64,000 bases of DNA from a virus: positions 5,408-69,407 of IMG/VR virus record IMGVR_UViG_3300011116_000225. One strand, 5' to 3'. The notes below the pieces were generated by a model. That model was given only the letters and a program-made list of their open reading frames with translations. It did not search any database and was not told the origin of the DNA. Shown here piece after piece: positions 34,988 to 44,676 of the stretch. Both the position numbers and the translations under genes were made by a program. Numbering within the stretch: the stretch's first letter is position 1; each line of letters starts with the position of its first letter.

Positions 34988-36013
34988 ATGGCAGATACCA
35001 CAACAACCAACCTTTTATTGACCAAGCCCGAGGTGGGGGCCAGCACTGACACTTGGGGTACAAAGATCAATACTGACCTTGACAGCGTTGACGCAGTCTT
35101 TGCGGCTGCTGGCACAGGCACCAGCGTTGGCCTGAATGTTGGAGCTGGCAAGACATTAAGCGTTGCCGGTACTTTGACAGTCACTGGTGCGGCAAGTACG
35201 ATCAACGCAACATCCATTGGCGCAACTACACCAGACACTGGTGCGTTTACTACAGTCAGTGCTACATCTTCTATTTCAGCAAGTAACAACCAAAACGCAG
35301 TATCAACGCTTGCCACATTCAACAACAATACACAAGGCACGGGGGCAGTAACAGAGGTTTATCTTACTGATAATACTACAGGAACTATGCGTTTTAATGT
35401 GTTTTCTGGGTCATACACAACTGCTGGACTTTTTGATTACGCATCTGGGGCAAAAATATTTCACTCGGGTTCTGGTGGGTTATCTGTCGGCGCATCTGGT
35501 GGAAATCTAACGCTGTTCTCTGGATCAAATAGTGCTGTTCTGTCTTCCACAGGATTAAAAACTGCAACAACTATCGGCGTTGGCAACGCAACCCCATCAA
35601 CCTCTGGTGCTGGCATCACCTTCCCTGCAACTCAATCAGCATCCACTAATGCAAACACTTTGGATGATTATGAGGAGGGGACTTGGACACCAACATTAAC
35701 AGCGTATGCCGGATCAATAACAGCTTACACATCACAAGGTTCTTATGTAAAAATTGGAAGGATAGTATTTGCTACTGTATATGCCGTTGTATCAAACGCT
35801 GGAACTGCATCAGGTGCTTATATTATTTCTAATCTGCCGTTTTCACTTGCAACTTCCGCCGAAGTTTACGGATATGGTGTAAACCTACTAAACAACGTTG
35901 GTTTAGTTGGATACGGATCAGGTTCAACTTCTTTATACTGCTTCACAGCTGCGGGAGCATTTCCGGGTGGAAGTGGAACTTATGTAACACTCAATTTTAA
36001 TTACAGCATTTAA
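34988..36013 (+). CDS. Tail fibre protein
   Basis: [22 protein letters not shown] anchor; [24 protein letters not shown] junction before a variable tip. Confidence 0.8.
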   Translation: MADTTTTNLLLTKPEVGASTDTWGTKINTDLDSVDAVFAAAGTGTSVGLNVGAGKTLSVAGTLTVTGAASTINATSIGATTPDTGAFTTVSATSSISASNNQNAVSTLATFNNNTQGTGAVTEVYLTDNTTGTMRFNVFSGSYTTAGLFDYASGAKIFHSGSGGLSVGASGGNLTLFSGSNSAVLSSTGLKTATTIGVGNATPSTSGAGITFPATQSASTNANTLDDYEEGTWTPTLTAYAGSITAYTSQGSYVKIGRIVFATVYAVVSNAGTASGAYIISNLPFSLATSAEVYGYGVNLLNNVGLVGYGSGSTSLYCFTAAGAFPGGSGTYVTLNFNYSI

Positions 36014-36023
36014 GGAACAAACC

Positions 36024-36269
36024 ATGTCAATCACCAAAACCACCAACATTGACCAAATCACCGTCACCGAAAACGGCATCGTTCTCTACCGTGAAGCCAC
36101 CCGCATCATGGAAGATGGCAACGAACTGAGCAAGACCTTCCATCGTTCTAGCCTCACGCCGGGTCAAGACTTGACGGGCATCCCTGCCAATGTCGTGGCA
36201 ATCTGCAATGTGGCTTGGACTGCTGATGTTGTGGCGGCTTATCAGGCGGCACAAGCTGAGAATGCTTGA
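36024..36269 (+). CDS. Putative tail fibre chaperone (different family from 880-1173)
   Basis: IDQITVTENGIVLYREATRI...FHRSSL.PG; follows the fibre. Confidence 0.6.
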   Translation: MSITKTTNIDQITVTENGIVLYREATRIMEDGNELSKTFHRSSLTPGQDLTGIPANVVAICNVAWTADVVAAYQAAQAENA

Positions 36270-36274
36270 CCGTA

Positions 36275-36472
36275 ATGACCGACTCCACTGAGACCAGGCT
36301 GGCGGTGCATGAGGCCATTTGCACAGAGAGGATGAAATTTATTTCTGACTCTCTTGCAAATGGGTCAGAGCGCATGACAAAGATAGAGTATTTGCTCTAC
36401 GCCGTGATCGTGGCCGTCTTGCTGGGTCCTGGCGCTGCTGCCTCGCTGTTTTCTAAGATCTTTGGTTTGTAG
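36275..36472 (+). CDS. XhlA/holin-like coiled-coil plus TM protein
   Basis: HEAICTER...IEYLLYAVIVAVLLGPG; divergent homolog of 1173-1367. Confidence 0.6.
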   Translation: MTDSTETRLAVHEAICTERMKFISDSLANGSERMTKIEYLLYAVIVAVLLGPGAAASLFSKIFGL

Positions 36473-36477
36473 CAAAT

Positions 36478-37155
36478 GTGGACCCCATCAGCATCCTCCT
36501 TTTGGCCTCGAGTGCATTCTCTGCAATCAAGCAGGGCATTGCCACATACAAGGATGTTAAGAACACTGCTGGTGACGTTAAAAAGATCGTCAACGAGATC
36601 GCTGGCATGTTTGGGCCAAACCCAAGCAAGGAACAAAAGAAGCAGATCGTTGCTGAACAGAAGCGCGTGCAAGAAGTGGCAGCCTATGACCCCAACCAGG
36701 TCATGGGAGACATTGCAAAGCGCTTGGGTGAATTCATGCGGCATATGCAGCAGATCCAAGACTACTACCATGAGGAAGAGCGCAAGTCAAAAGAGGAAGT
36801 CTATGACGGGGCAGACTCTCTGGCAGAGCGTGCCTTACAGCGCACACTTGTACTCACCCAGTTGACGCAAATGGAGACCGACTTGCGCGAGCAAATGGTT
36901 TACGGGGCACCTCCAGAATTAGGCAACCTGTGGACACGGTTTAACGAGATGCGTGAGCAGATTTCAATTGAGCAAGAGCAAGCCAGGGCAGTGCGAGATC
37001 AACGTGAGGCGCAGGCGAGATGGCAACGAAGACGGGTAATCGCGGACCTGCAAGACAAAGCAATCTACCTGGGAGCCGCCTTGTGCGTGATCCTATACCT
37101 GGCCGTGTTTTGGTCACTCCTGGTGATGGACCGAAAGACCAGATGGGGTTTCTGA
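36478..37155 (+). CDS. Coiled-coil membrane protein (copy 2)
   Basis: Homolog of 1371-2048. Confidence 0.75.
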   Translation: MDPISILLLASSAFSAIKQGIATYKDVKNTAGDVKKIVNEIAGMFGPNPSKEQKKQIVAEQKRVQEVAAYDPNQVMGDIAKRLGEFMRHMQQIQDYYHEEERKSKEEVYDGADSLAERALQRTLVLTQLTQMETDLREQMVYGAPPELGNLWTRFNEMREQISIEQEQARAVRDQREAQARWQRRRVIADLQDKAIYLGAALCVILYLAVFWSLLVMDRKTRWGF

Positions 37156-37337
37156 TCGCGCTCATATGTATGGTGCTGGTTTTCTGTTTGATGCTGCCGA
37201 TAATTACAGTAATCTACTTTGATACCCTGGCGGTGCAAAAGGAAAGCAAAGCCCAGATTGATCGAATGGAGAGGCTGCGCAAGCAGCTCGAGGAAGACCG
37301 AAAGAAGATGGACCAGGCCAACAGAAAGGAAGACTGA
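37143..37337 (+). CDS. Small single-TM protein (copy 2)
   Basis: Homolog of 2036-2230. Confidence 0.7.
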   Translation: MGFLIALICMVLVFCLMLPIITVIYFDTLAVQKESKAQIDRMERLRKQLEEDRKKMDQANRKED

Positions 37338-37544
37338 ATGAGACTGCTGCTTTGTCTGACCATCATGGTGCTTGCTGGGTGCGAGGATCGGTATCGATAC
37401 ACCTGCCAGAACCCTGACAACTTTGAACTCAAAGAGTGCCAGAAACCTCGCTGCTTATTTACGCAAACCTGCCCTGAGTATTTAGTTGCCCCGGTATTGA
37501 CAAACAAGATTGAACCAGCAAAGGCCGAAGATGCTAAAAAGTAA
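37338..37544 (+). CDS. Cys-rich lipoprotein (copy 2)
   Basis: Lipobox LAGC. Confidence 0.75.
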   Translation: MRLLLCLTIMVLAGCEDRYRYTCQNPDNFELKECQKPRCLFTQTCPEYLVAPVLTNKIEPAKAEDAKK

Positions 37545-38001
37545 ATACACCCCTGAAGAGATTGAGGTTCGTATCTGGGGCTTTGTTGTGGTGATGATCA
37601 CCGTCATTTTGCTTGGCATTGTGTTTGCCCTGCTCTATTCAGTGACGTTTGTCACCCAACCCATCAAGTCCATGGCGCCCATCGACCAGGCTTACACCAA
37701 GATGCTCAACGACATTGTGCTGCTGATCGTTGGCGGTATCGGCGGCATTGTGGGCAAGCGTGCCGTGGGGGCCGTCACCGCTGCAATAAACCCAGCACCG
37801 GCACCTACACCTTCCCCGGCTGCACCAGTGCCTTCTAGCCCTGTTTCTGCCCCTCCCAGCGGTGCTCTGCCAGCCTGGATCAATCCACCTCTGGATGAAA
37901 CCTGGACGCCGCCACCTCCACCGACAACGCCACCCGAGCACCTGGAACCCGATCATGTCCGCGAGGAGATCGCAGCAGCAAGACGTGAGGCTGGGCAGTG
38001 A
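37531..38001 (+). CDS. Two-TM protein, holin candidate (copy 2)
   Basis: Homolog of 2412-2888. Confidence 0.65.
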   Translation: MLKSKYTPEEIEVRIWGFVVVMITVILLGIVFALLYSVTFVTQPIKSMAPIDQAYTKMLNDIVLLIVGGIGGIVGKRAVGAVTAAINPAPAPTPSPAAPVPSSPVSAPPSGALPAWINPPLDETWTPPPPPTTPPEHLEPDHVREEIAAARREAGQ

Positions 38002-38462
38002 ATCCATACCTGATCATCGCGGCCATGATCGCCATTGGCGGTGCCTATGGATATGGCCATCATGTTGGTTATGCTGACCGGGACGCTGAGATGCAGGCTC
38101 ACATTGCCAAGCTCAATGAAGAGTCACGCGCCAAGGAGCAAGAGCTGGCAAGCTCACTGAACAATCAAACCGAAACATTGCGAAAGGCCAAGAATGAGAT
38201 CAACAAAAAACAGTCTGACATTAATGCTCTTGTTGATGCTGGCCGGTTGCGCCTCCCGGTCCCAGCCGCCCCAAGTTGCGTACAAGCCACCCCAGATGCC
38301 GCCCCTGCCGTCAGAGATCGGGACGAAGCAAGACCCGACCCTTACAGAGAGGCTATTAAGGCTGTTGTCGCCATCGCCATCGAGGGAGACAGAAACACCG
38401 TCCAACTCAACGCCTGCATCGATACCTATAACAAAGTGAGGGAGCAGATCAATGGTAAATAG
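37998..38462 (+). CDS. Rz: Rz-like i-spanin (copy 2)
   Basis: Homolog of 2885-3352. Confidence 0.85.
   Translation: MNPYLIIAAMIAIGGAYGYGHHVGYADRDAEMQAHIAKLNEESRAKEQELASSLNNQTETLRKAKNEINKKQSDINALVDAGRLRLPVPAAPSCVQATPDAAPAVRDRDEARPDPYREAIKAVVAIAIEGDRNTVQLNACIDTYNKVREQINGK
38194..38439 (+). CDS. Rz1: Rz1-like o-spanin (copy 2)
   Basis: Nested lipoprotein with LAGC. Confidence 0.8.
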   Translation: MRSTKNSLTLMLLLMLAGCASRSQPPQVAYKPPQMPPLPSEIGTKQDPTLTERLLRLLSPSPSRETETPSNSTPASIPITK

Positions 38463-39048
38463 TGATCAACTCAAAAAGCTGCACATTGGCCCCGAGTGGG
38501 TTGATGCGCTCAATGAAACCTTTGGCCGGTTCAATATCTCCACCAAGAAGCAGCAGGCTGCATTCATTGGTCAATGCGGCCATGAATGTGGGAACTTCAA
38601 GGTTCTGCAAGAGAACTTGAACTACCGCGCAGCCACCTTGATGAAGTTGTGGCCCAAGCGTTTCCCCACTCTTGACGTTGCCAACCAGTACGCTGGGAAC
38701 CCAAAGAAGATCGCCAATATGGTCTATGCCAACCGCATGGGGAACCGTGACGAGGCATCAGGGGATGGTTTTCGTTTTTCGGGAAAAGGTTGCATCCAAT
38801 TGACCGGCCACAGCAACTATTTTCACGCAGGCCAAGCCCTGGGCGTTGACTTTGTCATGCAGCCCGAACTGGTCGCCACTCCCAAGTACGCTGCCTTGAC
38901 GGCAGGATGGTTCTGGTCAACGCATGACTGCAATCGTCTGGCTGAGGCAGGAGACTGGGCAGCCTTAACGCGCAAGATTAATGGCGGGATAATCGGTTTG
39001 GAAGACCGCATCAAACACACCAATGAGGCTTTGGCAGTCCTGACATGA
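38452..39048 (+). CDS. GH19 endolysin (copy 2)
   Basis: Same motifs as 3339-3935. Confidence 0.92.
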   Translation: MVNSDQLKKLHIGPEWVDALNETFGRFNISTKKQQAAFIGQCGHECGNFKVLQENLNYRAATLMKLWPKRFPTLDVANQYAGNPKKIANMVYANRMGNRDEASGDGFRFSGKGCIQLTGHSNYFHAGQALGVDFVMQPELVATPKYAALTAGWFWSTHDCNRLAEAGDWAALTRKINGGIIGLEDRIKHTNEALAVLT

Positions 39049-39698
39049 CAAACCTGTACCAGCAGCTCGAAACCCCGGCACCGCCAGATCTGCCATCACC
39101 CGGCAGTGCGTATGACGAGCGCCTGACAGCGCAAACCCATCGCGGCTTGCTGGTGTACTTTCGCAAGCTGACCAATATCCTGTCAACGGTCCTTGGGCCG
39201 CGAGGTGGCAAGTACTTGAACCTGCCTTATGGGTCATTTCAAGATGGGACCGACCAGGCAGCAGCCAACACCACAACGGCCTACGCCATCACATTTGACA
39301 CAACTGACTATGCAAATGGGATCACTCTGTCAAATACTTCACGTCTAAACGTGTCCCAGGGCGGTTTGTACAACGTGCAATTTAGCGTGCAATTCAAAAA
39401 CACAACAAATGACACGCAAGACGTTGAGGTCTGGTTTCGCAAGAATGGCGCTGACATTGCCAAGTCAGGATCACGTTTTGGGTTGGGGCCGAGGAAAAGC
39501 GCTGGAGATCCATCGCACACCATCGCAGCCTTGAACTACTTTGTTGATCTGGCCGAGAGCGATTACATCCAACTAATGTGGCGGCCATCAGATATTGGCG
39601 TCTCCATTGAGCAGTACCCTGCCGGGACCAGCCCAACCCGGCCAGCAACTCCCTCAGTCATTGCCACAGTGAGTTTTGTGTCCAATCTTTCCGCATAA
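39045..39698 (+). CDS. Virion structural protein (copy 2)
   Basis: Homolog of 3932-4585. Confidence 0.55.
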   Translation: MTNLYQQLETPAPPDLPSPGSAYDERLTAQTHRGLLVYFRKLTNILSTVLGPRGGKYLNLPYGSFQDGTDQAAANTTTAYAITFDTTDYANGITLSNTSRLNVSQGGLYNVQFSVQFKNTTNDTQDVEVWFRKNGADIAKSGSRFGLGPRKSAGDPSHTIAALNYFVDLAESDYIQLMWRPSDIGVSIEQYPAGTSPTRPATPSVIATVSFVSNLSA

Positions 39699-39705
39699 TC
39701 CCATC

Positions 39706-41187
39706 ATGGCACTCACCGCACTCAGAATCCCCCCAGGCGTTTACCGCAACGGCACTGAATATCAGTCAGCCGGGCGATGGTTTGACGCCAACCTGGTTCG
39801 CTGGTTTGAGGGTACGTTGCGGCCCATTGGTGGATGGCGCAAAAGATCGGCATCCCAACTGACCGGGTCATGCCGTGGCTTGATCACCTGGCGCAACAAC
39901 TCAGGGGATCGGTTTATTGCAGCGGGAACTCATTCCAAGCTGTACGCCATGAATGCGGCAGGGACTCTCAAAGACATTACGCCAACTGGGCTGACTGTTG
40001 GCATTGCCGATGCGGCCACAAAGACCGGGTATGGGTACTCCACCTATGGCAACTTTGCCTATGGTGTGGCAAGACCAGACACAGGCAGCGTCACTCCAGC
40101 AACAACCTGGAGTCTGGATACCTGGGGCGAGTACCTGGTCGCCTGCTCAGATGCCGATGGCAAGCTCTACGAGTGGCAGTTGGGCTTTTCAACGCCGACC
40201 CTGGCCGCTGTCATTACCAACGCGCCAACGGGCTGCAACGCCGTTATGACCACGGCAGAGCGCTTTGTCTTTGCCCTGGGTGCCGGTGGAGATCCCCGCA
40301 AGGTCCAATGGTGTGATCAGGAAAACAACACCATCTGGACCCCGGCAGCCACCAACCAGGCAGGTTCATTTGAGCTGATTACTGTTGGGTCACTGAAAGC
40401 TGGCAAGCGCGTGCGCGGTGTCAACTTGCTGTTCACTGATGTCGATGTCCACGTCAGCACCTACATTGGCCTGCCTTACGTTTACTCCTTTGAGAAGGCC
40501 GGGTCAGGTTGTGGCTTGATCTCCTCCCAGGCCGTTGCGGCCATTGATACGGCTGCGATCTGGATGAGCAATTCTGGTTTTTGGGTCTACGATGGATACG
40601 TCAAGCCACTGGCTTGTGACGTTGGCGACTACATCTTCCAAAACATCAACGCCAACCAAGTCAGCAAAGTCTATGCTGTACACAACTCAAAGTATGGCGA
40701 GATCATTTGGTTCTACCCATCGAATGCCAGCAATGAGAACGATTCTTATGTGACGTATAACTACCGTGAGAATCACTGGGCGATTGGATCTCTGTCTCGC
40801 ACGGCTGGCACTGACCGGGGCGTTTTCTTGAATCCCTTGATGGTCTCTGCTGACAGCTATATCTACGAGCATGAGGTTGGCTTTGCGTATGACTCTGTTG
40901 CGCCTTTCGTTGAGTCTGGCCCCGTTGAGATCCAACCAGGTGAAAACATTATGAATGTGCGTCAGTTGATCCCTGACGAGCAGACCCTGGGAGAGGTTGT
41001 TGTGTCCTTCAAGACTCGCATGTACCCCACTGCCACAGAAACAACTTATGGACCCTACAGCGCCACCGAACCCACCAGCGTGCGGTTTTCAGCGCGTCAG
41101 GTCAAGATCAGATACACCGGGGCGGTGCTGGGTGACTGGCGAGTTGGCCTGAACCGTTTGGACGTGACACCCGCTGGCAAGCGTTGA
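39706..41187 (+). CDS. Tail hub / DNA stabilization protein (copy 2)
   Basis: Homolog of 4593-6074. Confidence 0.7.
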   Translation: MALTALRIPPGVYRNGTEYQSAGRWFDANLVRWFEGTLRPIGGWRKRSASQLTGSCRGLITWRNNSGDRFIAAGTHSKLYAMNAAGTLKDITPTGLTVGIADAATKTGYGYSTYGNFAYGVARPDTGSVTPATTWSLDTWGEYLVACSDADGKLYEWQLGFSTPTLAAVITNAPTGCNAVMTTAERFVFALGAGGDPRKVQWCDQENNTIWTPAATNQAGSFELITVGSLKAGKRVRGVNLLFTDVDVHVSTYIGLPYVYSFEKAGSGCGLISSQAVAAIDTAAIWMSNSGFWVYDGYVKPLACDVGDYIFQNINANQVSKVYAVHNSKYGEIIWFYPSNASNENDSYVTYNYRENHWAIGSLSRTAGTDRGVFLNPLMVSADSYIYEHEVGFAYDSVAPFVESGPVEIQPGENIMNVRQLIPDEQTLGEVVVSFKTRMYPTATETTYGPYSATEPTSVRFSARQVKIRYTGAVLGDWRVGLNRLDVTPAGKR

Positions 41188-41203
41188 GACTTAAAATTCA
41201 GCC

Positions 41204-41605
41204 ATGAAAGACATCAGACAAATCCTCACCGAAGACCTGGCAAAGAACTATGGTGGCTTTGCCATGACAGTTGATGCCTATTTTGATGGTCTGATGAATG
41301 CACCCAAGACGGGTAACTTTGTTGTGCGCCAGGGCGACACTCTGATCCTGACAAAGAAGATCGAGAAGAACGGCATCGAATTTCATTGCATCAATGGTGA
41401 GCGCGCCAAAGACCTTGTGTCCAACGTGCAGAAGTACCTCGATGACTTGAAGGAAAACGGGTATGACTATGCCGTCACGTTCTACGACAACCCCAGGATC
41501 AGCGAACTATTCCAGCAACAACCATATCCATTTGAAGTGAAAAAAATTGATGATGGTTTATTTAGAACATACGAAACAATTGTGAGGTTTAAATGGGCGC
41601 ACTAA
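41204..41605 (+). CDS. Virion assembly protein (copy 2)
   Basis: Homolog of 6091-6492. Confidence 0.5.
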   Translation: MKDIRQILTEDLAKNYGGFAMTVDAYFDGLMNAPKTGNFVVRQGDTLILTKKIEKNGIEFHCINGERAKDLVSNVQKYLDDLKENGYDYAVTFYDNPRISELFQQQPYPFEVKKIDDGLFRTYETIVRFKWAH

Positions 41606-43011
41606 ATCAACTGGGCAATGCCGCGAGCAGCTTTGTGCAAGATCCAATTGGGAGCACCAGCAATGCGCTGGCACAAGCAGACAAAGACCTGAGCTTGTCT
41701 CAGAATGCGCCTGCAATAGCAGCAGCAGTTGCTGCATATTATGGTGTGCCAATGGCAATGGAATATTTTGGTGCTGGCGCTGCTGGTGCTGGAGCAGGCG
41801 CTGGAACGGCAGCCGGAGCACTCGCTGCTGATAACGCATATTTGGCTGCGTCTGCATTAACTCCAGCTCAGGCCGCTGCGGCTGCCGCCGGATCAATTGA
41901 GGCGTCTCAATTAGCTGGCCTTGCAGGTTCTTCAGCGGCTGCTGGAGGTGCTGGCGCTGCCGCTGCCACTCCTGGCCTACTTGGTAGCGCAGTGAACTTT
42001 GCAAAAGAAAACCCCAATCTTGCACTGGCTGGCGCAGGCTTGGCCGCAAAGGCATTGGGTGGCAGCAGCACGCCGTCATCTTCAACAAGCTCAACGTCCA
42101 TCGATCCTGACATCAAGGCTGCATATTTGCAGCAGTTGGCTGATGCCAGAACCGCTGCGGCTGGCCTTGGTACAAGGCAGTTTGAGGGGTTCACCCCAGG
42201 CTATGCCACGGCAGAGCAGCAGCTCACGGCCACCGGCATTGGCGGTGCTGGTCAGCAGACAACCAACCGGGCTGCTGAATTGGCACTTGCAGAGGCAGGC
42301 TACACACCCCAGCAGATCCAGGCCATGACGGGTGCGCAGTACATGTCTGCATACCAAAACCCTTACGAGCAACAAGTGGTGCAGGGTACGCTGGCAGACA
42401 TTGAGCGTCAGCGCCAGATCTCTCAGCAGGCACAGCAAGCTCGAGCAACAGGTGCCAGGGCATTTGGTGGCTCGCGCCAGGCAGTGGCCGAGTCACTCGC
42501 AAATGAGGACTTCACGCGCCAGGCAGCCAACACTGCGGCCCAGTTGCGCTCTGCCGGGTTCACCACGGCAGCCGGGTTCGGCCAGACTGATGCTGCCAGG
42601 GCCATGGAAGCGGCCAGGGCCAACGCTGCCAACCAGATCGCTGGTGCTGGCATACGCCAGACTGCCGTGGGCCAGTTGGGTGCTTTGGGTGCCCAGCAGC
42701 AAAACCTGGGCATGACGGGTGCGCAGGCCGTGATGACTGCCGAGCAGCAACGCCAGCAGTTGGCCCAGGCGCGGCTTGACGCTGCACGCAATCTGGCCTC
42801 TGAGCGTCTTGGCCTGACTGGCAGTGCCCTGGGGCAGCAAGTGCCGAATCTGGGTGCATCTACGACAACTCCCATCTACCGCAACCAATTGGCAGGCGGC
42901 CTTGGCGGTGCTCTGGGTGGTGCTCAGTTGGGCAGCATCTTGGGTGGCGCTGGCAACCCTCAGTATGCAGGTTATGGCGCAATCCTTGGTGGCTTGCTGG
43001 GTCTAGGTTAA
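41593..43011 (+). CDS. DNA ejection protein 1 (copy 2)
   Basis: Homolog of 6480-7856 with a divergent N-terminus. Confidence 0.7.
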   Translation: MGALNQLGNAASSFVQDPIGSTSNALAQADKDLSLSQNAPAIAAAVAAYYGVPMAMEYFGAGAAGAGAGAGTAAGALAADNAYLAASALTPAQAAAAAAGSIEASQLAGLAGSSAAAGGAGAAAATPGLLGSAVNFAKENPNLALAGAGLAAKALGGSSTPSSSTSSTSIDPDIKAAYLQQLADARTAAAGLGTRQFEGFTPGYATAEQQLTATGIGGAGQQTTNRAAELALAEAGYTPQQIQAMTGAQYMSAYQNPYEQQVVQGTLADIERQRQISQQAQQARATGARAFGGSRQAVAESLANEDFTRQAANTAAQLRSAGFTTAAGFGQTDAARAMEAARANAANQIAGAGIRQTAVGQLGALGAQQQNLGMTGAQAVMTAEQQRQQLAQARLDAARNLASERLGLTGSALGQQVPNLGASTTTPIYRNQLAGGLGGALGGAQLGSILGGAGNPQYAGYGAILGGLLGLG

Positions 43012-43023
43012 GGAACAAACATC

Positions 43024-44676
43024 ATGGCAGATTTCAATATAGGCTTGCTGGGTGACATTTTTGGCGGTGGTACGTCTGCCCTGAGTGAGTATCTGACGCC
43101 TCAACAACAAGAGTCGATGCAACGCCAGGCGCTGTTGTCCACTGCTGCTGCCCTACTCCAAGCAGGTGGACCCTCTGCCACTCCCATCTCACTGGGCCAA
43201 GCGCTTGGTGCAGGCTTGCAAGCTGGGACTTCATCCTATGGCAAAGCTCAAGAGGGTGCGATTCAGCAGCTCTTAACCCGTCAGAAGTTGGACGAGTACA
43301 AGCGCCAGATGACTATGCAAGAAAACATTGCAAAGATTCTTGGCGGTGGTGGAGCTGCTCAAATGCCTACACCTGGCGCACCCATTACGCCTGACCAGGC
43401 CATCGCCATGCCTGGACTGCCTGCTGGACCCACTGTGCAGCGTGCTGAGTTAATTGGACAAGCAGCGCCTGCTGCTCCAGCAATGCCAGCCAACGTGATG
43501 AAGGCCAACCAGTATCGCCAATTGGCAGATTTGATGGCCGCATCAGGTAGAGGAGAGGACGCCAAGCGATATTTGGATATGGCTGAAAACCTTGCGCCTT
43601 CATTTGAAGAGACTGTCGGCGAACCATTTAAGGCTGCTGACAACAACTTTTATTTACGCACCAAAAGAGGTGGAGTTATACCAATGCAACAAGCGTTGGC
43701 GGTTAAGCCTGTCGGCACTCCCCAGCAGGTATTGGGCGCTGATGGCAAGCCAACTCTTGTGCAGATGTATGACGATGGAACCTTCAAGCCCATCACTGGC
43801 GTTTCACCATTAATACCGCCAGAAAAGATCGACACTGGTGCAGGCATAAGGTTTGTCAACCCTTACGAAATCAAGCCCGGCACGGTGTTTCCAAAGACAC
43901 TGCCACCTCAAGTGGTTGGCGGTGCAGAGACGGGTTACTACATAGTCGGTGGCGGTGGCGGTGCTGGCCGAGGTGCTGGCCTGACTGCACCCATGCCTGC
44001 GCCTGCTGGTGCTCCTGGTGCTGTTGCAGCTCCCACTGTCCCAGGTGCTGCACCTCGCGCACAAGTGGCCCCGGCTGCTGGCGCTGCCGCACCTACTGGC
44101 CCCCAGCCCATCATCCCCGGCACTGGCAAGGCATTCGGCAACGAGAAGGATCTGCGCACTGAATTTACCGCCCAGATGAAACCCTACACTGAGCTGGCGC
44201 AGGCATTTCGGAAGGTTGAAGCGGCGGCGCTTAATCCATCAGCAGCGGGTGACATTTCCCTGGTCTATGGATACATGAAGATCCTGGACCCTGGCTCAAC
44301 CGTTATGCAAGGCGAGCAAGCAACTGCGCAGAATGCTGGTGGCGTACCAGATCGAATTCGCGCCACATACAACAAGGCTTTGACTGGAGAGTCCCTTGCA
44401 GATAACGTGAGACTTGATTTTTATTCTCAGGCTAGAAATTTAATTGAATCACAACGTCAAATGGCAGCAGATGTTGGTGACAGATACAGGCAGTACGCCG
44501 ATGCATACAAACTGGACTCAAACCAGATCGTGTTTGATCCATTCAAGCGCATCAAGACCCCAGCAGAGATTGCTGCTGATGCTGCTAAAAAAGCACCAGC
44601 GACAACCACTACGCCTGCACCGGCATCATCAGGTTCTTGGTTCAACAGATTCAACCTTATCCCGAGGCCCCAATAA
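43024..44676 (+). CDS. DNA ejection protein 2 (copy 2)
   Basis: Homolog of 7869-9506 with a divergent central segment. Confidence 0.7.
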   Translation: MADFNIGLLGDIFGGGTSALSEYLTPQQQESMQRQALLSTAAALLQAGGPSATPISLGQALGAGLQAGTSSYGKAQEGAIQQLLTRQKLDEYKRQMTMQENIAKILGGGGAAQMPTPGAPITPDQAIAMPGLPAGPTVQRAELIGQAAPAAPAMPANVMKANQYRQLADLMAASGRGEDAKRYLDMAENLAPSFEETVGEPFKAADNNFYLRTKRGGVIPMQQALAVKPVGTPQQVLGADGKPTLVQMYDDGTFKPITGVSPLIPPEKIDTGAGIRFVNPYEIKPGTVFPKTLPPQVVGGAETGYYIVGGGGGAGRGAGLTAPMPAPAGAPGAVAAPTVPGAAPRAQVAPAAGAAAPTGPQPIIPGTGKAFGNEKDLRTEFTAQMKPYTELAQAFRKVEAAALNPSAAGDISLVYGYMKILDPGSTVMQGEQATAQNAGGVPDRIRATYNKALTGESLADNVRLDFYSQARNLIESQRQMAADVGDRYRQYADAYKLDSNQIVFDPFKRIKTPAEIAADAAKKAPATTTTPAPASSGSWFNRFNLIPRPQ

